From Octopus vulgaris (lineage: Eukaryota), in the NCBI GenBank assembly GCA_951406725.2, contig OX597820.1, positions 15,996,001-16,060,000 of the forward strand: a DNA stretch of 64,000 bases. The letters are read 5' to 3'. Below are positions 1 to 13,271 of this stretch, in pieces (positions within the stretch are counted from its first letter, which is position 1; each line of letters starts with the position of its first letter). The notes beneath the pieces are model-generated. The model made no database searches, was not told the DNA's origin, and saw only the letters and a program-made list of their open reading frames with translations. The position numbers and the translations under genes were made by a program.

Positions 1-282
1 AGAAGAAAAGAAGAAGAAGAAGAAGAAGAAGAAGAAGAAGAAGAAGAAGAAGATGATGATGATGATGATGATGATGGGGGCACAGGAGGAGAATGTGGAC
101 AAGAAGAAGAAGAAGAAGAAGAAGAAGAAGAAGAAGAAGAAGAAGAAGAAGATGATGATGATGATGATGATGATAATGATGATGATGATGGGGGCACAGG
201 AGGAGAATGTGGACAAGAAGAAGAAGAAAAAGAAGAAGAAGAAGAAGAAGAAGAAGAAGAAGAAGAAGAAGAAGAAGAAGAA

Positions 283-336
<54 letters not shown>

Positions 337-342
337 GAAGAA
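1..342. repeat. Compound (GAA)n/(GAT)n microsatellite with a duplicated ~30-bp spacer (GATGGGGGCACAGGAGGAGAATGTGGACAAG)
   Basis: Visible triplet runs; the spacer occurs at ~72-103 and ~187-216. Confidence 0.95.
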
Positions 343-524
343 GCTACAACCAGAAGAATATCGGTGTCTCACAGTGTCAAAACAAAAGAAAAGAAAAATC
401 CGAAAAGAAAATGTCTTGGTAATCAATGACTAAAGTTTTACTTTGTTCATGTCTTCGAGTCACAAGTAAAAACAAAATCTGACTTGGTTGTTGCTTTTCT
501 AGTTTCTTCCTTAACGTACGGATC

Positions 525-778
525 ATTTATGCCGGAAGTGACAAAAATATTTGCTTGTCATTGAAGTGTCACGTGAACAGGAAGTTTCAACGTAAATATA
601 AATAATCCATCCTTACTGGCACCCACTCACGCATATAAGTGTGTATGTGTGTGTATGTGTGTGTGTGTGTATGTGTGTGCATGTATGTGTGTGTGTGCAT
701 GAGTGTGTATGTGTGTGTGTGTGTGTATGTGTGTGACACACACATAAAAAACGACTCTTACATATAGCAATACAATAT

Positions 779-817
<39 letters not shown>

Positions 818-1012
818 TATAATCATAAATACATATAGAAACACATGCACACACACACACACGTACGATATGTACAGAAACAAACAACAAACACATTGTC
901 ACACGCATTCCGTTCCCCACGCCCATCATGTCGTAATGTGTCACATGAAGGAAGTGAGTGTGAATCTATTTCTGGTATTAATATCACGTAGGTAAATGTC
1001 ACATGACAGGTG
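525..1012. promoter_or_regulatory. Candidate cis-regulatory module with ETS, E-box/CLEAR (GTCACRTGA) and KLF/SP motifs
   Basis: CCGGAAGTG 532-540; GTCACGTGA 568-576 followed by ACAGGAAGT 577-585; CCACGCCC ~917-924; GTCACATGA 940-948 followed by AGGAAGTG 949-956; GTCACATGAC 998-1007. Motif evidence only. Confidence 0.3.
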
Positions 1013-1354
1013 AAGCATATTTGTAGAAGAGATAACGCTCATCACAACACAAACTTCCACACACACACACACACACACACACACGCATACATATATGTAT
1101 GTACGGATGTGTATGTATGTGTGTGTGTGTGTGTGTATGCGCGCGAGTCTGTGTGTGTCCTGATTCACTTACAAAATATCTATGACATGAAAAATTCTTA
1201 TGATTGTATGGAATTGTGACATTATCACAAACTTCTTAGTCATGATTGGCACAAGCGAACTCGGTCGACTGTGTAAATATTGTATTTCATACATACATAC
1301 ATGTAGATCATATCAGCTGGGATTCTCGTCGTTGTAACCGACGGAGTGCTTCTA

Positions 1355-1751
<397 letters not shown>

Positions 1752-1758
1752 TGTATAT

Positions 1759-1804
<46 letters not shown>

Positions 1805-1889
1805 TAGGTAAGTAGGTAGGTAGGAGCACTCCGTCGGTTACGACAACCGGGGTCCCAGCTCATGGCTAGGGCATTCGGTTCATGATCGC

Positions 1890-1958
1890 AGGTTGTGACG
1901 TAAACACACCAGCATCGGTTCTCAAGCGATTATGGGTGGGGAGACAAACACAGACACA

Positions 1959-2020
<62 letters not shown>

Positions 2021-2170
2021 TATATATATATACATACGACGGGCTTCTTTCAGTTTCCGCCTACCAAATCCACTCAAAAAGCTTTGGTTGGTCTGTGGCT
2101 ATAGTAGAAGACACTTGCCCAAGGTACCACGCAGTGGGACTGAACCCGGAACCATGTAGCTCGTAAGCAA
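1890..2170 (-). mobile_element. SINE family A, partial, with internal (CA)n/(TA)n
   Basis: Matches the other family A copies (GTCCCACTGCGTGGTACCTTGGGCAAGTGTCTTCTACTATAGCC on the minus strand). Confidence 0.9.
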
Positions 2171-2171
2171 T

Positions 2172-2231
<60 letters not shown>

Positions 2232-2233
<2 letters not shown>

Positions 2234-2560
2234 GAGCACTCTGTCGGTTACGACGACGAGGGTCCCAGCTGATCCGAATCAACGGAACAGCTTGCTCGTG
2301 AAATTAACGTGCAAGTGGCTGAGCACTCCACAGACACGTGTACCCTTAACGTAGTTCTCGGGGAGATTCAGCGTGACACAGAATGGGACAAGACCGGCCC
2401 TTTTGAATTACAGGTACCACTCATTTTCGCCAGCTGATTGCACTCGAGCAACGTGAAATAAAGTCTCTTGCTCAAGGACACAGCGTGTCGCCGGGAATTA
2501 AACTCATGACCTTACATTCGTGAACCGAATGCCCCTAACCACTAAGTCACGCGCCTTCAC
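2232..2560 (-). mobile_element. SINE family D: tRNA-like head, CORE-like domain, and the tail shared with family B1
   Basis: Minus strand has an A-box-like GACTTAGTGG, a CORE-like GTGTCCTTGAGCAAGAGACTTTA, and a tail ending GTCGTCGTAACCGACAGAGTGCTCC. Other copies at 15416, 41616 and 59520. Confidence 0.85.
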
Positions 2561-2715
2561 TCCCCCTATATATATATATATGTATGCATGTATGTTTGTA
2601 TGCATACTTATATTGTTCAAAATAAAATTCCTGTGCAGTTAGCTGCTTTTTATGTTTCTTTTTATATTTTTCACTATGAATCACTCAGTACGTGGAATAT
2701 TATCTTATCGAACCT

Positions 2716-2867
<152 letters not shown>

Positions 2868-3278
2868 ATTTCAAAGTTGTGAAATTTACTTAATAGAGTT
2901 TTTAAGCATAAAGGGGATTTTTTAAAAAAATTATTTTTCAAAAGAAGTTATAGTGTTTTATCAGGATATTACTAACCATTTTTGGAAGAAGTTTTTTCCG
3001 TAGTGTGCGAGCGCTTTCGATTAAGCTTTTCAAACACACGTGCTTTTAGTTATATACATACAAACATACATGCATAAATGCATATTTCAAAGTGTTTGTG
3101 AAAATTACTTAATATAGTTTTTAAGTATAAAGAAGATTTTTTTAAAAAACATTATTTAAAAAAAAAGTTATAGCCTTTTACCAGGATGTTGCTAACCAAT
3201 TTTGGAATTTTGGAAGAATTTTTTTCGTAGTGTGTGAGCGCTTTCGATTAAGCTTTTCAAACACACGTGATTTTAGTG
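2868..3278. repeat. Diverged tandem duplication, period ~216 bp
   Basis: ATTTCAAAG...GAGCGCTTTCGATTAAGCTTTTCAAACACACGTG..TTTAGT occurs twice (~2868-3050 and ~3084-3278). Confidence 0.85.
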
Positions 3279-3294
3279 ATTTATATATACTCGT

Positions 3295-3636
3295 GACACT
3301 CCGTCGGTTACGACGACGAGGGTTCCAGTTGATCCGATCAACAGAACAGCCTGCTCATGAAATTAAGGTGCAAGTGGTTGAGCACTCCACAGACACTTAA
3401 CGTAATTCTCGGAGAGATTCAGCGTGACACAGAGTGTGACAATGCTGGCCCTTTGAAACACAGGAGCAACAGAAACAGGAAGAAAGAGTGAGAGAAAGTT
3501 GTGGTAAAAGAGTACAGCAGGGTTCGTTACCACCCCATGCCGAAGCCTCGTGGAGCTTTAGGTGTTTTCGCTCAATAAACACTTACAACGCCCTGTCTGG
3601 AAATCCACTGCCCTAACCAGTAGGCCATTGCGCCTC

Positions 3637-3639
<3 letters not shown>
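3295..3639 (-). mobile_element. SINE family B1 (tRNA-derived head GTGGAGGCGCAATGGCCCAGTGGTTAGGGCAG)
   Basis: Aligns by eye with the copies at 7081, 15760 and 30876. Confidence 0.9.
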
Positions 3640-3689
<50 letters not shown>

Positions 3690-3691
<2 letters not shown>

Positions 3692-3988
3692 CACTGTGAC
3701 CAACCAGGCAATCAGATGTTGCTACACATCGCTGGTCACAATGCGCTTCGCATTGTTTTAGCCTTCAAATGACGCCACCCCGCTGGCTAAGCGAGCAGGC
3801 CAACAGAAGAAAGAGTGAGAGAAAGTTGTGGCGAAAGAGTACAACAGGGATCGCCACCACACTCTGCCGGAGCCGCGTGGAGCTTTAGGTGTTTTTGCTC
3901 AGTAAACACTCACAACGCCCGGTCTGGTAATCGAAACCGCGATCCTACAACGCGAGTCCGCTGCACTAACCACTGGGCCATTGCGCCT

Positions 3989-3992
<4 letters not shown>
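3690..3992 (-). mobile_element. SINE family B2 (B head with an alternative tail ending ...GTGACCAGCGATGTGTAGCAACATCTGAT...)
   Basis: Same head as B1, different 3' module; copies at 23153 and 52878. Confidence 0.9.
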
Positions 3993-4029
<37 letters not shown>

Positions 4030-4030
4030 A

Positions 4031-4147
4031 TTCTTCAACAAGAATAGTATTGACAGTAACTTCGAAGTTTCGGCCAGCTTAAGCCTTCATACAACTTAGC
4101 TGGCCAAAACGTCGATATCACTGTCATTACAAATTTTGTTAAAGAAT
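4031..4147. mobile_element. Decayed inverted-repeat element with a degenerate hammerhead-like motif (Penelope-like)
   Basis: Imperfect arms ~4031-4079 and ~4098-4147; minus strand reads TATGAAGGC...GCCGAAAC; lies next to (CA)n. Confidence 0.45.
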
Positions 4148-4533
4148 AATAAATTTGTATTCCCACAAAATTATGGAGTAGGGTGTATTGTGTTTACTTA
4201 GATCAGTGATAAATGAATCAGTGATAAATGAACCAGTGAAAAACGAGGATAGTTAAAACTGCTAATCGCTATACATAAATTAGAAACTTTTATTCTTAGG
4301 GCCACAATTTCCCATATATTTCACAATGGTAGGCGTAGGTGTGGCTGTGTTGTGAAGAACCTTGCTTCTTCCCAACCATGGGGTCTCAGCCCCATTGCGC
4401 AGTGCTTTCTACTATAGCAGTTGTTTTCAATCAGGGTCCACGTGATCCTTGGCTGGTGGGGCCCCTTATCAGATTTTGTTGCTCAAGTTTCTTTTGCAAT
4501 AGCTTAACTTCTTTTCAATACAACTCCCAATGA

Positions 4534-4762
4534 TACTCTTTTACTTGTTTCGGTCGTTTGACTGCGGCCATGCTGGAGCACCGCCTTCAGTCGAGCAAAT
4601 CGACCCCAGGACTTATTCTTTGTAAGCCTAATACTTATTCAATCGGTCTCTTTTTTGCCGAACCGCTAAGTGACGGGGACGTAAACACACCAGCATCTGT
4701 TGTCAAGTGATGTTGGGGGGACAAACACAGACACAGAAACATACACACACACACACACACAC

Positions 4763-4818
<56 letters not shown>

Positions 4819-4987
4819 TATATACGACGGGCTTCTTTCAGTTTCTGTCTACCAAATCCACTCACAAGGCTTTGGTCGACTCGAGGCTATAGTAGAAGAC
4901 ACTTGCCCAAGGTGCCACGCAGTGGGACTGAACACGGAACCATGTGGTTCGTAAGCAAGCTACTTACCACACAGCCACTCCTACGCC
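4534..4987 (-). mobile_element. Full-length SINE family A (tRNA head, CORE-like domain, internal microsatellite, 3' module), nested in a decayed hAT-type MITE (~4418-5102)
   Basis: A/B boxes TGGCTGTGTGG and GTTCAGTCC; ACCTTGGGCAAGT resembles the CORE-SINE domain; flanks read CAGTTGTTTTCAA and AAAAAGGGTTGACCAGTG. Confidence 0.9.
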
Positions 4988-6189
4988 TATTTAATTATGA
5001 AATTATAACAGGATCTTTAAAAATATCAAATGGCATTGAGGGTCCATTTCAGTAAAATAGTAATCACAGGGGTTCCATAGTTTAAAAAAGGGTTGACCAG
5101 TGTCTCGAATGAATATTTGGTACACGGAAACGGTGTGAAAGCCCACCACATACACACACATATGTATATATGTGTCTGTGTCTGTATGTGTGCGAACGTT
5201 CGTTTGTGTGTACGTGTGAGTGTGCGTTTCATGCCTACAACTTCTAGACAAATGCAGAAGCCAAATGATGAAGAGGGTGGAAGTGGTGGTAATGGTGGTG
5301 GTGGTGGTGGTGGTGGTGGCGGTGGTGGTGGTTTATATCTTTTGTGTAACAATTTATAAAAAGTTTATTATGAACCTTGGCGAAATACCTTCTCACAGAC
5401 TATACAATTGTGTTGTTCTTCTTTAATATATGTGCATTTATGAGCAGCCAAGATTGACTTCTGTGAAAATACTGCACACAAGTCTCTGGGGTGCTTTGTC
5501 TTTATGTTCTATATCTTACTTGCTTCAATCATTGGACTGCGGCCATGTTGGGGCACCGGTTTTGAGAGTTTAATCGAACAAATCAACCCAATTTTTTTAA
5601 TACAATTTATATCGATTACTTTTGCCGAACCACTAAGTTACTTCACTGACATAGAGAAGTAGGACTTGTCGGGACCTTAGCTATGAATTAATTAGCATAT
5701 CTTGACATTGCCTCCGAGAGAAGGTTCCACACAGAGACTACCAGTAATCCCAGAACATGATGAAACGCTTCAGCTTTGTGGCTGTTCAACTAAGGGAAGA
5801 TAACTCCATACAAGTCCTGCATCCTGATAACTTCTGCGCGTGTGGCATTTGTATCAAACCAATACGAGTTTGAAGGACGAGAGGGCGGGACTGCTCTGTA
5901 CAAACTATACCCACTATAATAATAATCCTCGTGCAGATAGCTCAGCAAACTAAGATACCAACACCAACAACAAGATACTTTTTTAAATAAGTCTAGAGTT
6001 GATCGGGAAAGAAGCGACAGGGGCAGGCAGTGGAAGCCTTCAGCTTTGACCGTAAATACATAGAAGCGGTGGTAGGATTATAGTCGTTTTCCACAGACCC
6101 AAGGCAGATATGGGTTTCGATTCGTTGAGTCCACCATATCACAATACTCAGTAACACCGGTTCTTTAATTTCTTTTTCTTTTGTTTGTG

Positions 6190-6622
6190 GCGCCATGCTG
6201 GAGCACCGCCTTTAGTCGAGCAAATCGACCCCAGGACTTATTCTTTGTAAGCCTAGTACTTATTCTATCGGTCTTTTTTGCGGAACCGCTAAGTTACGGG
6301 GACGTAAACACACCAGCAGCGGTTGTCAAGCGATGTTGGGGAGACAAACACAAACACACAAACATATATATATATATATATATATCACCGTGATCACAGT
6401 GACCGACCAGGCTATCAGATGTTGCTACACATCGCTGGTCACAATGCGTTTCGCCGGAGCGTCGTGGAGCTTTAGGTCTTTTCGCTCAATAAACACTCAC
6501 AAGGCTTTGGTCGGCCCGAAGCTATAGTAGAAGACACTTGGCCAAGATGCCACGTAGTGGGACTGAACCCAGAACCAAGTGGTTGGTAAGCAAGCTACTT
6601 ACCAAACAGCCACTCCTGCGTC
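6190..6622 (-). mobile_element. Chimeric SINE: family A with part of its middle replaced by B2 sequence (~6386-6500)
   Basis: A tail, then (TA)n, then B2 tail and body; rejoins A at the CACTCACAA microhomology. Confidence 0.8.
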
Positions 6623-6784
6623 CAATTGTTTAGATGATTTAATTATTTAGATAATCGTAGCGGAGTTCATTGTTGAATGTGTATCCTCGTTTACTACTAA
6701 TTCATTCATCAGTAATTTAGCATGACACTATACGCTCAATTGTGAACCATGTTACACTTATCACGGATTGATCTGTGATAACAC

Positions 6785-6870
6785 GGGTCGGCAATCAGTT
6801 GAAGAGTCTGTTGGGTCGGCGATCAGTTGAAGAGTCTGTTGGGTTGGCGATCAGTTGAAGAGTCTGTTGG
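6785..6870. repeat. 28-bp minisatellite, 3 copies (GGGTCGGCGATCAGTTGAAGAGTCTGTT)
   Basis: Three contiguous near-identical units with no spacers. Confidence 0.95.
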
Positions 6871-7080
6871 TACCTCAAGGAACACCCATAATGCCCAGCT
6901 ACCCAGAATGCATTGCCTACCGTTTGTGTTCATATGATCGTGATGCAAGTTCTTTTTTTTTTTTACTTGTTTCAATTATTTGACTGCGGCCATGCTGAAG
7001 CACTGCCTCGAAAGGTTTTAAGTCGAACAAATCAACCCCAGGACTTATTATTGGCTTTAAAGCCTAGTACTTATGTTGAT

Positions 7081-7468
7081 GTGGAGGCGCAATGGCCCAG
7101 TGGTTAGGGCAGCGGACTCGCGGTCATGGGATCGCGGTTTCGATTCCCAGACCGGGCGTTGTGAGTGTTTATTGAGCGAAAACACCTAAAAGCTCCACGA
7201 GGCTCCGGCAGGGGATGGTGGTGATCCCTGCTGTAATCTTTCACCACAACTTTCTCTCACTCTTACTTCCTGTTTCTGTTGTACCTGTATTTCAAAGGGC
7301 CGGCCTTGTCACTCTCTGTGTCACGCTGAATATCCCCGAGAACTACGTTAAGGGTACACGTGTCTGTGGAGTGCTCAGCCACTTGCACGTTAATTTCACG
7401 AGCAGGCTGTTCCGTTGATTCGGTTCAGCCGGAACCCTCATCGTCGTAACCGACGCAGTGCTTCTCTC
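7081..7468 (+). mobile_element. Full-length SINE family B1 with a 13-bp target-site duplication
   Basis: TSD TACTTATGT(T/G)GAT at 7068-7080 and 7469-7481; A box TGGCCCAGTGG and B box GTTTCGATTCC. Confidence 0.95.
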
Positions 7469-7785
7469 TACTTATGTGGATGCAGTTTTATCAGCATTCG
7501 TACACCACCACCATCTTACACTTCAAAGAGCTTCTGCTTGTCATCTCAAAATAAAATAAGGATTTTCTCTCTGTTATGCAATGAGGGAAGGATGACTTAC
7601 TCCAAGTTTAGTCAAATTACTTCCGTCTTAAATAAAGTTGCTGCGCTAAATATAGCAAACCAGTTCAACGAGTTTCAGAGTTAGCCTTCGGCTAACTACT
7701 TTCTTATTTTGTGAAGTCTACATATAATTACGGAAACCTAGAACAAAAACCGTTATTATTACTATTATCATTATTATTATTATTT

Positions 7786-8060
7786 ATGGGTTTTTCTTCT
7801 TCTTTCAAATTTGCTTCCATTTCTTGCCGTGTGTCTTCCCGACTCCTAGGGCAAAGAAACTCGTTGTATACATTGGTAGGCCATTAAACTAAACTCACTG
7901 GTTCGTTCTTTTTTTTTTTCTTTTTTTTTGTGACAGGAATAAAGTTAAATTAAAATACATGGGTAGTAATAGTTCTCACATCAACAATGCTCTTCTCAAT
8001 ACGTGTGATGTACCAGTTAAGACAATCTTTTGCACTTCTTGCAGGGATGGTAAGCCTGGG
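7786..8060 (-). mobile_element. 3' end of an R4/Dong-like (restriction-like endonuclease) non-LTR retrotransposon in (TAA)n
   Basis: Minus frame PGLPSLQEVQKIVLTGTSHVLRRALLM* resembles the R4/Dong C-terminus (QK.V..GT..ILR..L). It is followed by a 3' UTR and has TTA repeats on both sides. Confidence 0.7.
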
Positions 8061-8610
<550 letters not shown>

Positions 8611-9217
8611 CGCCGTACTATTACTGCTACCCGTTCGGTCGTCGGCTTTTCCCTAGAAGTGAAATCGATTAATTAACATAAATTCGATCATGTGATATTG
8701 TTAACATCCGTTTGAGAGACAGACGATATCTTTAAGTGCAATTAGAGAAAATATAAACAAATAAACAAACAAAATAGTCGTAAAATACTAAATAACAACA
8801 ACACACTCACAAACAAACAAACAAACTCTGAACAATTGCAAATTTCGATCTACTTCAGTAGCATTCATTCAGCCATTGCCTTTTGTGTTGCTTGCGTGTA
8901 TTAAGTAAGCCATTTTCCATGGTTCCGGGTTCAGTCCCGCCGCGTGGTGGCAGCTTGGGTATGTGTCTTCAACTATAGCCTCAGACCAACCACTGCCTTG
9001 TGGTCAAATTTGGTGGACGGGAACTGAATGAAGCTTGTTGTGGGCACACAGGAGAACCGCTCGGAGTCATCGGATCTAAGGGGCCAATTGCGGATCTATA
9101 CATGCTGTTGTTGTGTGTGTGTGATGGCCCCAATACATTGCTGTGTCGGGAACGGGGGCTATAATGATATTAAAACGCCCCCTGAGTACCGTAACTCTGA
9201 ACGTGTTTCAGCCTTAT

Positions 9218-9613
9218 TTCTTATTTCTTTGTTGCCCTCAAGGGACAAACAAGGGACAAACGGATTAAGTCGATTACATCGACCCCAGTGCGTAACTGGT
9301 ACTTATTTAATCGACCCCGAAAGAATGAAAGGCAAAGTCGACCTCGGCGGAATTTGAACTCAGAACGTAACAGCAGACGAAATACCTATTTCTTTACTAC
9401 CCACATGAGGCTAAACACAGAGGGGATGAACAAGGACAGACAAACGGATTAAGTCGATTATATCGACCCCAGTGCGTAACTGGTACTTAATTTATCGACT
9501 TCGAAAGGATGAAAGGCAAAGTCGACCTCGGCGAAATTTGAACTCTGAACATAACAGCAGACGAAATACCGCTAATGATTTCGCCCGGCGTGCTAACGTT
9601 TCTGCCAGCTTGC
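9218..9613 (-). mobile_element. SINE family C head-to-tail dimer flanked by one 16-bp TSD
   Basis: TSD CGTGTTTCAGCCTTAT at 9202-9217 and 9614-9629; one head, two bodies; junction at 9379-9392. Confidence 0.92.
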
Positions 9614-9990
9614 CGTGTTTCAGCCTTATGAGACCTCATTAACAGAACTTAGTTTAACAGCAATTTCAAGATCTTAAAGCACAAAATAAAAGAAAATAAA
9701 TATAAGCCAGCAGAATATGTGATGACTGTGCAGAGACAGCAGCTCACTCTGCTTCTAATCAGCAAGTCTTTACCACAGCTGAATACGTTATGAACATATC
9801 AAAAACAAGGTTTTTCTTTTTGATTATTTTATTACTCTACGAAATCTGTCTGGTGCCTCAGTTACTTTAACTCTCTTAATACCAACCCGCCGAACACTGC
9901 CCTATTTCTATGATACAAACTTCCTGTTTTAATGCAGTCGAAATCAAAACCTTCCATCAAAATTTTTTATTTGTTTAATAACGACGAAAT

Positions 9991-10220
9991 TACTCTCTTT
10001 TCTCTCTTTTTACTCTTTTACTTGTTTCAGTCATTTGACTGCGGCCATGCTGGAGCACCGCCTTTAGTCGAGCAAATCGACCCCGGGACTTATTCTTTTT
10101 TGTAAACCCAGTACTTATTCTATCGGTCTCTTTTGCCGAACCGATAAGTGACGGGGACATAAACACACCAGCATCGGTTGTCAAGCGATGTTTCGGGGAC
10201 AAACACAGACATGCAAACAT

Positions 10221-10295
<75 letters not shown>

Positions 10296-10470
10296 TATAC
10301 ATATATACGACGGGCTTCTTTCAGTTTCCGTCTACCAAATCCACTCACAAGGCTTTGGTCGGCCCGAGGCTATAGTAGAAAACACTTGCCCAAGGTGCCA
10401 CGCAGTGGGACTGAACCCGGAACCATGTGGTTGGTAAACAAGCTACTTACCACACAGCCACTCCTGCGCC
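9991..10470 (-). mobile_element. Full-length SINE family A, possibly nested in a decayed piggyBac-type MITE (TTAA 9867 ... GGG TTAA 10529)
   Basis: Near-consensus A copy; the host MITE call rests only on TTAA-bounded ends. Confidence 0.92.
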
Positions 10471-10597
10471 TATTACTACAGTAATTTCTTCAATATTTTC
10501 AAAATTAACCGATGCAGAGAAGGGGTTAAAAGCTGACCTCAGCGGAATTTGGGCTCTTTAGTCGGAACGCAAAATATTTTTTTTCTAAATCTGTTTA

Positions 10598-10884
10598 GCA
10601 GGAGTAGCTGTGTGGTAAGTAGCTTGCTTACGAACCACATGGTTCCGGGTTCAGTCCTACTGCGTAGCACCTTGGGCAAGTGTCTTCTACTATAGCCTCG
10701 GGCCGACCAAAGCCTTGTGAGTGGATTTGGTAGACGGAAACTGAAAGAGGTCCGTCGTATATATTTCTTTATTGCCCACAAGGGGGCTAAACATAGAGGG
10801 GACATACAAGGACAGACAAAGGGATTAAGTCGATTACATCGACGCCAGTACGAAACTGGTACTTTATCTATCGACCCCGATATG

Positions 10885-10926
<42 letters not shown>

Positions 10927-11155
10927 GTGTGTGTTTGTCCCCCCCCCCCCCAACATCGCTTGACAACCAATGCTGGTGTATTTACGTCCTCCTAACCTAG
11001 TGGTTTGGCAAAAGAGACCGATAGAATAAGCACTAGGTTTACAAAGAATAAGCCTTGGGGTCGATTTGTTCGACTAAAGGCGGTGCTCCAGCATGGCCGC
11101 AGTCAAATGACTGAAACAAGTAAAAGAGTAAAAGAGAGATAGAGAGTAAAAGAGA
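10598..11155 (+). mobile_element. SINE family A with a 5'-truncated family C copy (~10763-10878, minus) inserted in its internal (TA)n
   Basis: A head and tail are intact around the C fragment. Confidence 0.9.
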
Positions 11156-11617
11156 ATCCCAAGAAAAACACTTGCAAGCACGCTTGTGCGTGTTGTTTAT
11201 CCCTTCCTCAGATTAACTCAAGAAGCGGACGTAACACAAGATCTCCTTTTCTCGAAACCACGCTCTCTTTCTTAGCGAAAGCTTTTCCCACCCTCTTCTC
11301 TATTCGCTTATTCAACGAAAACTCGGTGTAATGCAGAAGAAGCGTCTTTTCCTTCATCCCCCTTCCACTACACAAACCAGTCGGATGTAACATAAATCTC
11401 TCTTTAAACGTAGCTCAACAAACAGAAAATAAACCTTTGCCACGTTCAAAATACGGAAATTGTGAACATATGTTAAGAAGCAAGAACTATACTAGGTATT
11501 AACATAAGTAGAGAACATGACAAACAGGTTGTATTATTTATATAATTAAAAAAATAATAACTCTATTGAAAATCTGTAGAGATACACTTAAAGGTGAATA
11601 AATTTGTATTATGAATA

Positions 11618-12160
11618 TTGGGTTGTCCGGAAAGTTCGTGCCGATTTATAGTAGCTTACCTTTCGACTTATTTTAGAAGATGGTTGAGTTCATAGAATAG
11701 GATTTCACTACACCTCCATTTAGAGCACAGTTTAAGCTATCTTTTCGTGGAAGAAGGTTTATGTTCCTATAACCTGTGTTAATTCTCTAACCCTTTAAAT
11801 TGGGAGATAATAAAGTTCATTTTTGGCACTTGATGCTTTGGGAACCAGACAAAAATTGCTGCAGCTCGGCTGGGATGTGTTACCCCACCCTCCATATTCA
11901 CCAGATATTGCTCCTTTGGATTTCCACTTATTCAGGTCTCTGCAGAATAGTCTTAATGGTAAAAATTTCAATTCCTTGGATGACGTAATGAATTCTTTTC
12001 CATGAAACCACCTCAATTCTGTGAAGAGGGTATTTTCAAGTTAAAGGAAAGAAGGAGACGCATTGTGCAACAAAATGGTTCATATTTGGTTGATTAAAAA
12101 TGTATTTATTGACCTTTTTCTTTCCTTTAAAAATCGGCACGAACTTTCTGGACAGCCCAA
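11618..12160 (+). mobile_element. Internally deleted mariner (Tc1/mariner, DD34D type) transposon
   Basis: ~30-bp TIRs TTGGG(T/C)TGTCC(G/A)GAAAGTTCGTGCCGATTT with TA on both sides; transposase N-terminus [12 protein letters not shown] fused to C-terminal [30 protein letters not shown]. Confidence 0.95.
11800..12096 (+). pseudogene. Mariner transposase remnant (N- and C-terminal parts only, frameshifted)
   Basis: YSPDIAPxD motif in ORF 11823-12005; the central HTH and catalytic region is missing. Confidence 0.9.
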
Positions 12161-12163
12161 TAT

Positions 12164-12830
12164 ATCTTGACGCTGCTGAGTGGTACTACGGACATGTGAG
12201 TAAATATCGCAGGAAAGAATCGCAAGACGAATTCTTCAAATCGAACCAACGAGCAGGAAGCGTAGAGGTAGAGTAAGAATGAGATAGTTGAATAGTATCC
12301 ATAGTAAAAGTTGGTGACGCTCGGAAATTCAGCGGGAATGGGCAATGACCATATAAAGGCGCTGCCTAAGGACGGTACCCACAAGACCTTTCCGGGAATA
12401 GTAAGCGGGAAAATGAATGGACGGAGGGGTAAGAGATCAATGGCACGAAGAATAATGTAAAGGGAGTTTACCAGAACGCAACCAAAGGTGTTTTGGAAAG
12501 AAGAACGATAAAAAAAAAGGTGGTAGGGGCGGGGGAATAGGAACCAATGGAACAAACACGACCAGTTGAATATTGGAAAGGGAAAGGGAATGAGATGACC
12601 CCAAACGGGGAAGTAACTAAATATTGGAATTTCTACAGAGAGACTCCGATGCGTGATCGAGAAGATACTCAGAAGGGAAAGTTGAAGAAGTAGATCGATT
12701 ACTCAATGAGGAGGTTATTAGAGCTTTTGGGGAAAACCCACGAAATAATAAATGAAATTAGAAGAAAAGAGACATAAAAAGACTTCCGGTGTTTAGGATT
12801 GATCGGAAGTTACTGACATTTTATATATTT
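12164..12830 (-). mobile_element. Heavily decayed LINE ORF2 fragment (end of APE endonuclease; CR1/L2-like)
   Basis: Minus-strand reading LLDH...LLPRLGSS-H resembles LD....PPLGSSDH; a later RWFD resembles PWFD; the sense strand is pyrimidine-rich. Confidence 0.4.
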
Positions 12831-13046
12831 CCTTTCGTCTTATACTTGTCTTAGTCACTGGATTGTGGTCATACTGGAGTACCGTCTTGAACGGTTTCGG
12901 CGAACAAATCGTTCCTTGTACATATTTTTAAAAAGTCTTGGACTTATTTTATCGCCCTTTTTTTGCCGAACCGTTAGGTCATGGAAATGTAAACAAACTA
13001 ACACAGATTGCCAAGGAGTGGTGGTGGAGGACAGAAAAAGAAAACG

Positions 13047-13081
<35 letters not shown>

Positions 13082-13271
13082 GAATTTCTTCAGTTGCATC
13101 TACCAAATCCACTATCAAGGTTTTCCCCCGTATTTTCTATTCATTTATCACTGGTTCATTTAACACGGTGTTTTGTTGTTGTTTTTTAAATCAAGCACCC
13201 GTGACACACAAGGAAAGCTATTGTCTATTCAGTAACAAAAAAAAAAAAACTATTCAAGCATTACTAACTGT

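Noticed and set aside
53-433. Poly-M/poly-K ORF
   Set aside because: It is a GAA/GAT microsatellite.
6785-6870. 28-bp repeats of CRISPR-like length
   Set aside because: The units are contiguous with no spacers, there are no cas genes, and the context is eukaryotic.
7081-7160. tRNA-like sequence with A and B boxes
   Set aside because: It is a SINE head that continues into the repeat body and is flanked by a TSD, so it is not called a tRNA gene. The same applies to the heads of families A, C and D.
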